A DNA stretch of 63,788 nt, filler included, from Reclinomonas americana ATCC 50394 (Eukaryota): the NCBI GenBank assembly GCA_048213135.1. It is 9 parts of 9 records of this genome, joined end to end, with 100 filler letters (N's around TTAATTAATTAA, not from the genome) between each part and the next. Parts side by side here need not be neighbours in the genome. Positions count along the whole stretch, not along the records: positions 1 to 11,923 come from AFZH01018065.1; positions 12,024 to 14,667 come from AFZH01018067.1; 7 more parts are not named here. One strand, 5' to 3'. Each line of letters starts with the position of its first letter. Within the stretch, counting starts at the first letter, position 1. Below are positions 1 to 12,103 of the stretch, piece after piece. A program made the translations under genes and the position numbers. Under the pieces are notes generated by a model, which saw only the letters and a list, made by a program, of their open reading frames with translations, did no database searches and was not told the DNA's origin.

Positions 1-173
1 TACGTTGTAGTCTCCTCCTCCTCCTCCTCCTCTCTCTCTCTCTCTCTCTCCCTTTCTCTCTGTCCGTATCTCCTCCCTTGTCTTCCCTCCCTCTCCCTCC
101 CTCTCCCTCCCTCTCCCTCCCTCTCCCTCTCTCTCCCTCCCTCCTACTGCGCTGACACACGCGGTGTGTGCAG

Positions 174-447
174 ATGTGTCGCAGGAGCAGCAAAACGAAA
201 TCACGGCCATCTTTAAGGAGTTTGAGCGAATGGTGCACACGGTACCCACCGATGTGGAGCACAAGTTCAACAAGGACGTGGGTCGCCAGGTTCGCTTCTT
301 CATCTCTCTCTCTCTCTCTCTCGCTGGTCTCTGTGCAACTCACAAATGAGGTTGTCGACGACACAGCTGGTGGTCTTCAAGTCCATGGTGAACATGCCCA
401 ACTTCCGCGCCTCGTTCGACTTCAAGGGACCCGAAATCCGCACGTGA
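174..447 (+). CDS. 3' end of an uncharacterised protein (2 exons visible; 5' part lies outside the window)
   Basis: Exon 174-288 (..VSQEQQNEITAIFKEFERMVH..KDVGRQ) splices through a GT..AG intron to LVVFKSMVNMPNFRASFDFKGPEIRT-TGA(447); codon usage looks coding. Confidence 0.55.
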
Positions 448-577
448 GGATCTCGTGCAACACCTGCCTCCTCGTTTCCCGGGTGCGACTAGCAACCCGA
501 GTAGCAATGGCAACGAGAAAAACAATGCAGTGCTGACGGTTAATGTGTGTGTCGTAATGAGTTTTTTTCTTCATTTT

Positions 578-3500
578 TCAGCTGCCACCAAGTAGACGCA
601 GAGCCAAAGCCTCCTGCTCGGCAAGCGACGACGCAGACGCGGTCTTGGCTCGTTTCTTCGGTGGCTGCTCCTGTTTCTTCTTCGGGGCCGGCTTGGCCGC
701 TCCCTTCTTGCTCACAGTCTGCCGTCTCCTCCTCCTCGGATCCTCGTCCTCTTCGTCCTCATCACTGCCCTCCTCCTCAATGGCACGCTTCCGTTGCAGC
801 TCCAGCGGCTCAATGTCCTCGCTGTCTTCCGAGTCGTACGAGGACAGATCGGACGAGTTCACCATCTCAATGCCACCGTCGTCGTCGTCATCGTCGTCCT
901 CATCCTCGCTGTCGTCGCTGGGCCCGAGCACAACCACAGGATCATCGTCGCGACCGAGGCCGAGTGCCTCGCGTGTCGCCGCCCGGTCCTTTTGCTTGCG
1001 CTTGTGGCGCTGCTCGCGCAATCGCTGCTTCTCGCGGTCGATATCTTCGTGGTCGCGCTCTCGCAACTTTTCGCGCACTTGCTGCTGGTACACCGCGCGC
1101 TCTTTCTCCAGCTCCGTCTGCGACACGCAAAAGAACGAGATATGAGTTTTCTCGAGTACCCACCTCATCTAGCACTCCGATACACATACAAACCTCATCG
1201 GCCATGGTCTTGGCCTCCATCGGGTTTCCGTCTTCGTCAAATACACGGCGCTGATTGAAACTCTGGCTGCCGCGCAGCTTGAGCTTCTTCTTGGCGCGCG
1301 CCCGCTCCAGCATCAGTTGCTCAATCGTCGCACCCTCATCGTCACCCTGCGCGCCATCCTCCTCATCTTCCTCCTCCATCGGCTTTTCCTTCTTCTTGTT
1401 CTTCGGCACCAGGAAGTCAGCACCTGCAGCAGCAGCAACATCAGAGATCAGCCAAACGCCTTGCCAACTCGCGCCATTCCATAGAAAAAAGGAAGTAGAA
1501 AGGGCAAAGGACAGAAAATGAGAAAGAGAGGAATCTCCCAAGGTGTCTGACCCCTGCACGACACTGGTAGACGGCAGCGGAATTCTCCTTGGTTTGGGTT
1601 TTCATGCAGTACAGAACAGTCGTCTTTTCGAAACACTCTCACCCACTCACACCCACACGTACCATCACTGTCTTCGTCCTCCGATGCCTGCAGCGCCTCC
1701 TGCAGTGGTCTCAAGTCCTCCGACACAAACTCCGCCGTTTTGCGGTTTAGTGACTGCAGTCCACTCGCCTCTCCGTCGACCGCCATCTCAATGTCCATCA
1801 GCGTCTTTTTGAAGTTCTTCTCCTTTAGTTTCGCACCCTGCAGAGATCGTCGCGTGAGTCCACACCGTCTCTCGACTCTCTTCCGCAGCACCACTCCACA
1901 AACCTTCTTCAACGAGTTCACCGCCGGCACCACACTCAGCCCTAATGAGTACGCAAACTCGGCCGTGTTGATGGCGTCCACAGAGAACACATTCTTGTTG
2001 GGTTGCACATAGATTCTTCGCAGGTACGACGTGAAAGCCTACGCGAGAAACTCGTCAGGGCGTGCGTAACACGACACACTGTTTCTCTTCTCACACACAC
2101 TCACCTTCTGAGCCATAAACTTCAAGTCCTTGTCATCCACCACCAGACTCGTGAGCTTGGTGCGAATAGGCGTAATCTTGCCGTGATTCATCGCCACCGG
2201 CTTGAGCGGAATCTCTCGCTGGAGAATCTCGTCCACCATCGGCCGCTCCGACTCGGTGAGGAACATGAGTGCCTGGCCACCGTTTACATATCGCGCAGTG
2301 CGACCCACGCGATGAACGTACATGTCCACATCCTGGCACGAACACAGAATGAGTGCAAAGAACGATTGAACCAGATGGCCCCACTGGCACTCCATCACTC
2401 ACCTCTGGGCAATCGTACTGCAACACCCAATCCACTTGCGCGAAATCGAGACCACGTGCAGCAATGTCGGTGGCAAACAGCACCGCTCCGACACCACTGT
2501 CCTCCTTCTTCCGGTCACAGAACGTCTTGTACACCGCCAGTCGCTTCATCTGTTTCAGCTTGCCCGACAACTCCAGCACCGGCATGCCCACACGCAGCTT
2601 TGTGAAAGAATGGTGCATGAACCGCACCTGCATCAACACATACACATGGATGAGTGAGCTGCCACTGCCTCTCCACTCCTTGCTCTCTCTCTCTCTCTCT
2701 CCCTCTCTCTCACCTGTCGACAAGTGGCGAAAAACACAATAATCTTGGCCTTGATGTGGGTGCGCAAGAAGGAGAACAGTACCGTCGGCTTCTCCTCCAG
2801 CGGCACCACCATGAACCGCTGCGCCAGCAGCGTTGGTGTGGCCGTCGTTCCGGAAGCGTTCTCGTCGGTGCTCGTGTGCTCGGGTTGATACAGCGAGAGA
2901 CGCGCCAAGTCGCGCACCGACTTGGTCTGCGTGGCCGAAAAGAGCAGCGTCTGCCGCCGTGGTGGCTTCGGTACGTGCTCCACAATGGCGTTGAGTGTGC
3001 GCGCAAAACCCAGATCCAGACACCGATCGGCCTCGTCCAGAATCAACAGGCGCATGCTCTCGCATCTGCGTCAATCGCCAACAACAACAGCCATCGTCAG
3101 CTCACAGTGGTTGACACTTTCACGTCATGTGCAAGCGCACCTGAAAGTCGGCGTCTCGTCCATGTGCTGCAACAGACGACCGGGCGTGCCCACCAGAATG
3201 TTCATCCGTTCAATGCGCTCCTTCTCTTCGTCCACATCCTTGCCACCAATCACCAGACCCGCCGACAGATCGTGGTAGCAGCCGACACGCGAAAACACCT
3301 CAAAGATCTGCAGCGCCAGCTCGCGTGTCGGACTGATGATGATCGCACCCAGTCCATCCACCCGACTCCAGCGTAGACGGTACAACGCCTCCAGCACCTA
3401 TTCATCGTCACACGCGCAGCGAGTCAGCGACGGCCAAGAGCAACGCAAGGATCCAGAAGGCGACAGACCGGAATGACAAAGGCCAGTGTCTTGCCGGAGC

Positions 3501-4050
3501 CTGTGCGTGCCGCGCCGAGGACATCGCGTCCCGCAAGCGCATGCGGAATGGAGGCCATCTGGATCTCGGTCATCTCCACGTATCCGGCCTTGCGCAAACC
3601 TGAAGCAGCCACTCAATCAATCAACACGTGATTACGTCACACTCACACTCTCGCACTCTGGTCAACTCACCGGCCTTGGTGCGTTCCGAGATCGGCAGCT
3701 CCTCAAACAGCGTCGCGCTGCCTCGCGTCTGCAGATGGCGGCGAGTCACGGGTGAGACAAGTGCACATTCACATCACGGCGGCCATGCGCATGAGCACCA
3801 CCACACGCACTCCCCCCTTCTCTCTCACACACACATATCAACGCACCCCACGCGGTGGTGCCTCCTTGATCACCCGCTCCTCCAGCTCCGCACTCTCCTC
3901 GACCACACCGGGGAACGAAGGGCGCTTCTTCCCCGGCTTACTGCCTTGGTACAGGCGCTGTGTGGCTGTGGCTGACGCATCCTTCTTCTGCGTCACCTGC
4001 TTCTGCTGCTTCTCACGCTCCCTCTTGCGCGCTGTCCACGTCTTTGGCAT
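578..4050 (-). CDS. DDX10: ATP-dependent DEAD-box RNA helicase DDX10/DBP4 (multi-exon)
   Basis: Motifs [89 protein letters not shown]-terminal [13 protein letters not shown] typical of DBP4. Confidence 0.95.
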
Positions 4051-4143
4051 GGTCTCTCTTGCTGGCGTGTTTTGTTGGCGTCGGACACGCCACAGCGGGA
4101 CACATGCGAAGTCTCTTTGCAACAAACTTTTGTGAGCGACACA

Positions 4144-5354
4144 ATGAGCGGAAAGCGGTCTGTGATCTATGGCACCGAGTACCAAAAGGTCAGTGTCTGC
4201 GCCTCTCTGTATGTGCGTGTGTGTGCGATTGAAGACTCACACGCTGCACGTGTGTGTGTGTGTGTGTGCGAGGATTGCGCAGCGCGGAGAAAAGACAGAG
4301 TGGGAAGGTGCGCGCTGCTCTCACTTTCCGCGCGTTTACACACGCACTCACTGCTCTCTCTCTCTGTTGCGCAGATGCGCTGGTGAAGCACGGCGTCATC
4401 GAGGCATCGCATCACTCCTCTGATGTTGCGCTCGTTGTGATTGCTGCATTGAGCGATCCATTTTTCTGCAAACTGCTCATGAGGTGTGTGTGTGTGTGTG
4501 TGTGTGCAGGATGAGAGTGAGGAAGAGGAGCTGAGTGCGGCGGATCGCCGTCACGCCGAGCTGGCCGGCTCGTCGTTGGCCAAGCTGGAGGAGATGGAGG
4601 ATGAGATCAAGGATGAGGTAATAATAATATCTTTTTCGTCGTCCGCCGGTCCCTGCCAGCATCCGCCTCACATGTTTTGCAGGAGGAGGACGAGTACGAG
4701 GCACTGAAGCGCAAGCGACGACAGCAGCTGATGCAGCAAAAGGAGCGCAGTCGATATGGCGAGCTTGCGTGGATCACTCAACAGGTTCCGCAATGTGCCG
4801 AATGCCCCCTCGCGTGCATGCACTCATCGTCGTCATTGCAGGAGTTCACAAAGGAGGTCACCGAGGCCAGCAAGCAGCCGGGCGTGTGGGTCGTCTGCCA
4901 CCTCTTCAAGGACGGGTGAGCGATAGCGTGCGAGTCGCTGTCAGCGTTGGCACGCCACTGACTGCTGGCGTGTGTGTGTGGTTGCAGTGTGCAAGAGTGC
5001 AGCTTGCTGAACGAGATCCTGGGCGTGCTGGCGAGAAAGTTCCCCGCGGTCAAGTTCTGCCGCATCATCTCCGAAGACTGCATTCCCAACTACCCCGACG
5101 CCAACTTGCCCACCATTATCGTGTACCGCGGTGGTGAGGTCGCCGTGCAGTACGTCGGCACGAGTCCGTTTGGTGGCTCCGCCATGACCGCCGATGGTGA
5201 GCCGTGTCGCGAGTGATGATTGTCTCTTGTCGGTCTGACACACTGGGGCGCAGATGTCGAGTGGGAGCTGTCGAGATTGAACGTGGTGCAGACGGATCTG
5301 GAAACGTGCCCTCACGTGGAGCGTGGAGGCCGCACCAGGATTCGACGCGTATGA
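4144..5354 (+). CDS. PDCL3: Phosducin-like protein 2/3 (thioredoxin-fold CCT co-chaperone)
   Basis: Spliced TEWEDALVKHGVI, EVTEASK..WVVCHLFKDG, LARKFPAVKFCRI, CIPNYPDANLPTIIVYRGG, DVEWELSRLNVVQTDLE. Confidence 0.9.
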
Positions 5355-5464
5355 CCGAACTATCGATCAATCTAGCCATAGGAGGGAACAACAAAGGATG
5401 CGCGTGTGTGCGCGCGCGACACGACCGGAGCATGAAACAACAAACAATTGAAACAGTTTTTTAG

Positions 5465-8024
5465 TTACAGTGTGGAGACGTCGTGCGCGCCGCTCTCCTT
5501 GATTCCAGCGCCCGTGATGCGCACCCACTCGACGTTTTTCTGCATCTCCGGGATCGTCTTGGCGCCACTGTATCGACGACGAGTGAGTGAGAAACATGAA
5601 AGAGAAGGCGTGCGAAGTGATCGTCTAAACACCAGTAAGAGATGCCGCTCCGCAGACCACCGACGAGGTGGCGAATTACGTCGCTGACATCGCCGCGGTA
5701 CGGAACCACAGCCTGTGATTGTGCAGTGAGCATCTGCTCTCCAAAGGAAGGAGAGAGAGACTGCACAAGCGACAAACCTCCACGCCCTCTGGCGTCATCT
5801 CAAACACGTCCTCGGCGCGCTCACCCGATCGCTCCGCCTGTCGAGATACAGAAGAGTGAGATGAGAGCGAGAACCCTGCTGGAGCAACAGGCAGCAGTGA
5901 TGGCAAACAAACCTTGCCCAGATTGGCACCGAGACCGGCCATACCGCGCACAATCTTGACGCGCTTGCCTGCCCATCACATTCACAAAACAATGCGTGCG
6001 TCAGCAAAACAGTTGGCAGTACTGACAGTGACAAAAGATGTCGAGGGAGGAGAGAGTTGCGTCCCGTCAGAAATTAAAACAAATAATTTGATCCACAGAC
6101 CCGTTGGGTTGTCAAATAGAATTGTCTCATCCTTTGGACTCCACACACACGCACACACACAGTCACAGTGGAAAGACTCACCGCCCTTGGTCAGCAGCAC
6201 GCCGGGACTCTGATCGGTGCCGGCCAGTGCGCTGCCGAGCATGCCCGTCGACGCACCGGCAGCAAGTGCCTTGGTCAGATCGCCACTGCCACGAATGCCT
6301 GCACGCACAGAGTGAGCTCGTGTGTACGCACCACTGGCGCACGCACAGTTGCATGCACACGCACCACCATCGGCAATCAGCGGCACGTCATACTCCTTGG
6401 CGGCGACGGCGCAGTCCATAATGGCGGACAGTTGTGGCACACCGGCGCCCGTCACAATGCGAGTGATGCAAATGGAGCCGGGTCCCACACCGACCTTGAT
6501 GCCGTCGGCACCGGCCTTGGCCAGATCGCGCACGCCCTCGGCGGTGCACACGTTGCCGACAATGAGCTGCACGTTGGGGAAGGCCTTCTTGAAATTCACC
6601 GTGGCGTCAATGCCAATGTCGCTGTGTCCGTGCGCAATGTCGACCACAATCACGTCGCAGCCGGCCTCAATCAGCAGACCTGCCCGCTCCAAATCACTGC
6701 CACACGAGTGAGCGACGGGCGGCGAAAAAAGCACGTGAGAAATGCGAGTTTGCACACACCCAGTCTTCACGCCAATGGCGGCGCCCACTTGCAGCTTGCC
6801 GACGGAATCCACCGAGCTGTACGGTCTCAGTTGACGGTTGAGCAAATCCTTGGCCACCACGAGGCCAGTCAACCTGACCACGTTGTGAGACACAGCACAA
6901 CAAAAGCACGATGCACATAATCATCATCGCCAACACACAACTTGTTGTCACTGTCGACCAACACCAGCTTCTCGATGCGATGCTCGGCAAAGAGGCGCTT
7001 CGCCTCATCCACCGTCACCTTGTTTGTGGCCGTCACCACTGCGACTGGGAGATCAGTGGCCTGCACCAGCAGAATGCACATGGACAACAACAGCGAGCGC
7101 AACATCGACTCCGCGGCGTCATCACATCGGCCACAGTCTGCGTGCTGCTCGGCGAGACAAAGCTGCGACCATACACAACCCATCAGCGACTGCCAACAAA
7201 GAGCGGCAGCAGTCTCTCGGTCAACGTACCGCACATCACGGTTGGTGACAATGCCGAGCACACGCTGCGCCGCATCGACCACCACAAACGAGGTCACCAT
7301 GGCGCGCATGCGCTCCATCAGCACGCTAATCGACGTATCGGGACTGATCGTGTACGGGTTCTCGATAATCACCGACTCGGCACGCTTCACACGGCGCACC
7401 AAGTCCGCCTGATCCTTCGCCGACAAAAACCGATGAATGATACCAATGCCGCCGAGTCGAGCCATGGCCACTGCCATTTCCGATTCAGTCACCTGCATCA
7501 CACAAGCAATCTCTGTCAGAGAGCGTGAGGGGAGAGACAAGAGAGCAGGCGAGAGGAGTCGTGCAACGCACCGTGTCCATGTTGGACGACACAATGGGTG
7601 TGCGCAGGGCAATGTCGCGCGTGAGACGCGTACTCACATCCGTGTCCTTTCGTGAGCGCACCGGCGAGCGCTTCGGCACCAGCAGCACGTCTGCATATGC
7701 ACAGGAGAGTGAGCAAGAAGGCGGCGGAGAAGAAGAAGGCGGAGAAAAGTGCGAGACATGCGCATATGCAAACACAAACAGAAAAGAAAAGCGCATGCAT
7801 GCACAGAGCAAAGTGCAAGCACATAACAACCATGAAAGAGCTGCAGCGGTTGAATTGCACGCACCATCAAACGTGAGACCGACTTTGATGTCGGCCCATG
7901 TCCTCGTCGCCACAGTGGCCAGCGTGCGACGCATGGTCACCGCCGACCTACTGCCACTGCTGCTGATGCCCACAAGAGCAGCCAGCGAGGGCGACCACGT
8001 TGCGCGTGCGTACGCGCCAAGCAT
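5465..8024 (-). CDS. GMP reductase of the IMPDH-like, CBS-domain (kinetoplastid-type) class; IMPDH not fully excluded
   Basis: [35 protein letters not shown] pair, [19 protein letters not shown] (catalytic Cys), [27 protein letters not shown] flap, [11 protein letters not shown]. Confidence 0.85.
6061..6139 (-). ncRNA. Intronic box C/D snoRNA (candidate LSU rRNA 2'-O-methylation guide)
   Basis: Minus strand reads GTCC-AA-AGGATGA (C-like box)...TTTGTTTTAATT-T-CTGA (D box)-CG-GGAC. It has a terminal GTCC/GGAC stem and a 12-nt complement to conserved LSU AAUUAAAACAAA. It forms an AT-rich island in an unusually long intron. Confidence 0.75.
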
Positions 8025-8085
8025 GAAGGCAAAGTAAGGTGCCGATCAACTGATCCGACGGCGGAAAGCTACGTTGCATTTGCAG

Positions 8086-11000
8086 ATGGCGCAACAATGG
8101 TTGACCGACAGAGACGCGGCTCAAGTTGCGTGCATGCTCATGCGTCTGTGAGTGCAAGCCACCTCTTGCTCATTTTGTTCTTGTGTAGATTGTGGAATAT
8201 GTTCGCTTGCTCGTGTATCCCGATGACATGGATGCGCGACAGCGTGTGGAGGATGCCCTGCAGGCGCTGGAGGGAACTCCTGGGCTGCTCACGATTCTGT
8301 TTGTTGCGTGAATATGTGCACGAGAGAGAGCTTTTTCAATGTTTTCCTCAACATCAAAGTGACAACACAGAACATTGCCACGGACGCGACGCTGGGCGAT
8401 GTGGATGTGCAACTGATGGCGGCGCTGCTGATGAAGACCAACATGTCTCGGCATTGGTACAAGCGACGGGAAGCGTTGCGTGGTGCTGACTTTGAGCTTG
8501 TGAGTCCACTCGGGGCTGACTGACTGGTGGGCGTGCAGGAGCCCGATTCCTGCCGAGGAGAAGCAGATGCTGCGGCGAATGCTGGTGCAGCACATGGAGG
8601 AGCCAGATGACAAGGCACCGACGCACTCATCCCATTCCCCCCATCTTCCATCCTCAGTCACTCATTTCTGCGTGCAGGTGGCCATGCATCTGTTCATCCT
8701 GCTGTCGAAGATTGCACGCGCCGACTACCCGCTGGAGTGGGAGACGCTGTTTCTGGACCTACTGGGTAGAATGCAGTCGGCGCATACGGCGTTGGAGAGG
8801 CGTCGGTGCACCATGGCGCTCTATTTTGTGTTGAAGGAGCTGGCCACCAAGACCATTTCGGGTCATCGTGTGCAGTTCCAGCAGGTGCCGTCTCGCTTCC
8901 CCTCCGCCATGCATGTACTCGATGCAAAAAAGACTCACTGTGGTGGTAGTTGGCGGTGGACATTTTTGACTGGCTGCACGCGTCGTGGAAGGAGGCCACG
9001 AGTGCGCTCTTTGGTGGCTTGCCTCACGGTGCGTGCTGCTGCCCGTCGATGCGTCTACCATACTCTCACTCCCAAATATCATCCTCCTTTCGACAGGCGA
9101 GGAAGAGTCGACACTGTGGGTGGCACTGTTCACCACCAAGAACATCCGCCGTCTGCTCACCTACGGCTTCTCGTCGCTGACGGAGCACCCGTCTGTGGAG
9201 CAGTTCATGCACGGCCTGCTTGACACGATTCCCAATCTCATGCAACTTCGTTGCGTTGGTCCGTGACATGCAACACGGGAGTGTACATACACTGACGACA
9301 AATCACGATGCAGGCGTGGACAGAATGGCGGCTGGCGCGGCCCCTGATAGCGACTTGGTGGGATACCTCGAGACGATTTGTCGTGCCACGTTCCGCATCT
9401 TCAACAAGGTGCTGCAGCGTCGTTCGTCAGCACTGGAGCCGTTCCTTGTGCCTGCACTTCAGCTCTCATACAATGTGACGGTGGCACCGGCGGCGTCGCT
9501 GTTTGAGGGCCTGTCGGTGGCGGCCATGAATTTCATCAAGGATGTGCTGCTGTGCGCGGTGTACAAGTTGCGACCGTGTGCGTTGCCATCGTCCTTGGCA
9601 AATGTACTCACCCAGCTTTCATGCAGACCGCCATCGACCGTCCAGACCGAGGCTGTCGAGCGCCCGCGACAGGGACCCATGCTGTTGGCGCAATTCTTCA
9701 CGCCAGAGGTTGCGTCGCGTGCACTCTTGTTCATGTTGCGAATCGCGCCGCTCCATCTCTCACATGGAGTGAGCAGATTGAGCGACACTTGGTGGAGGTT
9801 GCCGTGACATCATTCATGCGGCTGCAAGCGAGTGATCTGGAGATGTGGGAGAAGGATCCGGAGTCGTTCTTCTCGGAGATGTCGGTGGATGAGTACCAGC
9901 TGCGGTGTAGAGTTGCGTCTCGACTGCGCACAATCATGTGCATGGAGGGGTGACATGCTGACTGCGCGATGTGCAGCCTGCGGCATCTACCATGTTTTCT
10001 ACGCTGTTGCGAGATTACCACCCCAATCTGGGACCCTTCATGGTGGAGACGCTGCAGCAGATTGTCGGCAGTTTCGTCGCGGAACTCGATTCGTTCACTC
10101 TCAGCTGCTCTGTTTATCGCTGACAACTGCGTCATGTGTGTCCACCTCAGGCCAACCGGCCGAAGTGTCACTGGATTATGTGCTTCTGCGGGATTCGGTG
10201 TACTACGCACTCGGCTGTGCACCGTACGAGTTGGGCTCGTATCTGGACTTTCCGGCGCTTCTCGGTTCCGTGTTCCTGAATGACATTTATCAGCGCGATC
10301 CACTGTTGCGTCCCACATGATATCTCTCTTTCTCTCCCCCCGTCACATTCTCACACCCGCCTTAAATTGTGTGCAGGTGGCAGATCCTCCGCCGCCGTGC
10401 TGTGTGGCTGTGCTCCGAGTACGTGGAGTTGCTGACCGAGGAGTCGCAAGCGGCACTCTTTCCCGCTCTGGTCGATGTGTTGATGAGTGGCGACTTGGTG
10501 TTGCGCTTGACCGCCGTGCAAACCCTTGGTGACGGTATGAGTGGTTGAGAGCGACAAGAGGCGGAGGAGTTGGCTGACAGATGTGTTTCATCTGCAGTCG
10601 TGGAGTATCTCTCGTGCAGCATCGATGCACTGGAGCCGCATGTTGGTCACCTGATGGCGGCCATCGTGCAGCTGCTGAAGGACACGGAGGATGCCGACAT
10701 TAAGTGTCGCCTCCTGAAGGCGGTGGTGGCGCTCACCGAGCGTCTCGAAGACAAGGTGTGTTGATAGTGCGGAAGGTCGTGATGCTGGCAAGGTTTGCTG
10801 AGTCTGCTGCTGTGCCACACACAGTTTGCGCCCCACGTACCCACGTTGGTGCAACTGCTGCCGGAGTTGTGGGAGCACTCGGAGGGCTCAAATCTGCTGC
10901 GATCGAAAGTGCTGCAGACGTGCAAGCAGCTCGTAGAGGTTGCGTCGCATGTCCTTTGCTCTCATCAGTCGACCCCACTCTGACAGCATGCTTTCGGGTA

Positions 11001-11923
11001 GGTGCTTGGCACCGAGTCGGTGCAACTGTACGACTTTGTGCTGCCGGCCATTGCGTACGCAGTGGGTGAGGATGAGGATTGCAGATTATATCACGCCGAG
11101 CATGGTGTCGGTGCGCGCCGTGGGCCGAGTCAAGCCTGCTTCTCTTCTCCTGCTGACTGACTACGCATGTCGCGCTCGCAGCATTGTGGTTGGTCGTCAT
11201 TGAGAATGCGCCAGTGTACACGCCGACACTGGCCGAATTGTTCCACTACATGGTGAGCATGGCGGAGGACGAGGATTTGCAGGATCCGAGTATGGTGTAC
11301 AAGATGTTGCAGTTGGTCGACGGCTACGTGCTCCTCGGCGAGGCGGATTTCATGAATGTTGCGTGCACGTTCGACTGAGGGCGGAGATGGGGAGGCGAGA
11401 TGTTGAGTGTATGGACACAGACCTTTAGCGAGCGCCTGCCGCGCGTGCTGCTGGGCATCATTGAGCACATTCGCGAGGCGGCCATCATCAAGGTGTCGGA
11501 TGTGTGCCAGACCATGATCCAGCTCTTCCCGGAGAACGCGCCCGCCATGTTGCACGACGTGTTTTTGCATCTAGTTGACAAACTGTTCTCCGATGAGGTG
11601 CGTTGAGACACACACAGAAGCGCTGTGTGTCAGCTGGTGACCCACCGCACGTTTTGCGCAGAGCTCGCTGGTCGGTCTGCACACGATTTGTCTCATGTCG
11701 CGGCTTCGCGTGCAAAACTCTGCGTACTTTGAGGAGTTCTTCAAGTCCCTGAGTCAGAGCCAGCAGCAGGACTGCTTCCAGCCGTTCTTCACCAAGATGT
11801 TGACCATGGTGCGGTGGTGACTCGCGTTCCTTCACCCACCAACGCGAGAGAGAGACTGACACAGTTGTGCGTGCAGTTCGACGACGGTGTGTACTCGACG
11901 TTGAACAAGAAGATGTGGTCGTT
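8086..11923 (+). CDS. IPO11: Importin-11 / Kap120-like karyopherin-beta (3' truncated by gap)
   Basis: LLSKIARADYPLEWETLF, VLKELATK, LEMWEKDPESF, LLRDSVYYALG, WQILRRRAVWL, LPELWEHSEGSNLLRSKVL; many short introns. Confidence 0.85.
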
Positions 11924-12023
11924 NNNNNNNNNNNNNNNNNNNNNNNNNNNNNNNNNNNNNNNNNNNNTTAATTAATTAANNNNNNNNNNNNNNNNNNNNN
12001 NNNNNNNNNNNNNNNNNNNNNNN
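11924..12023. other. Assembly spacer N44-TTAATTAATTAA-N44
   Basis: 100-nt gap with a six-frame stop linker. Identical spacers lie at 14668-14767, 17962-18061, 27444-27543, 30502-30601, 43233-43332, 48304-48403 and 62664-62763. Confidence 0.98.
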
Positions 12024-12103
12024 CAAACGGTGGGCACACGCGCCCTTGTTATTTATTTCTCTCCTTCCATTCATGCGTTCCCTCACGTGTGCGTGCCATG
12101 CAG

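Noticed and set aside
4188..4375. Apparent frame-incompatible (non-canonical) intron in the phosducin-like gene
   Set aside because: Resolved by a 25-nt micro-exon (RGEKTEWE) with canonical AG/GT ends.
11065..11085. Possible 19-nt GT-AG mini-intron in importin-11
   Set aside because: Reading through gives LYHAEHGVALWLVVIENAP, which fits the importin-11 pattern; splicing it out breaks the frame.
11924..12023. TTAATTAATTAA palindromic motif recurring eight times
   Set aside because: It always sits centred in a 100-nt N block, so it is an artificial six-frame-stop linker. True gap sizes are unknown (half of GCN1 is missing at 43233), so adjacency across gaps is not reliable.
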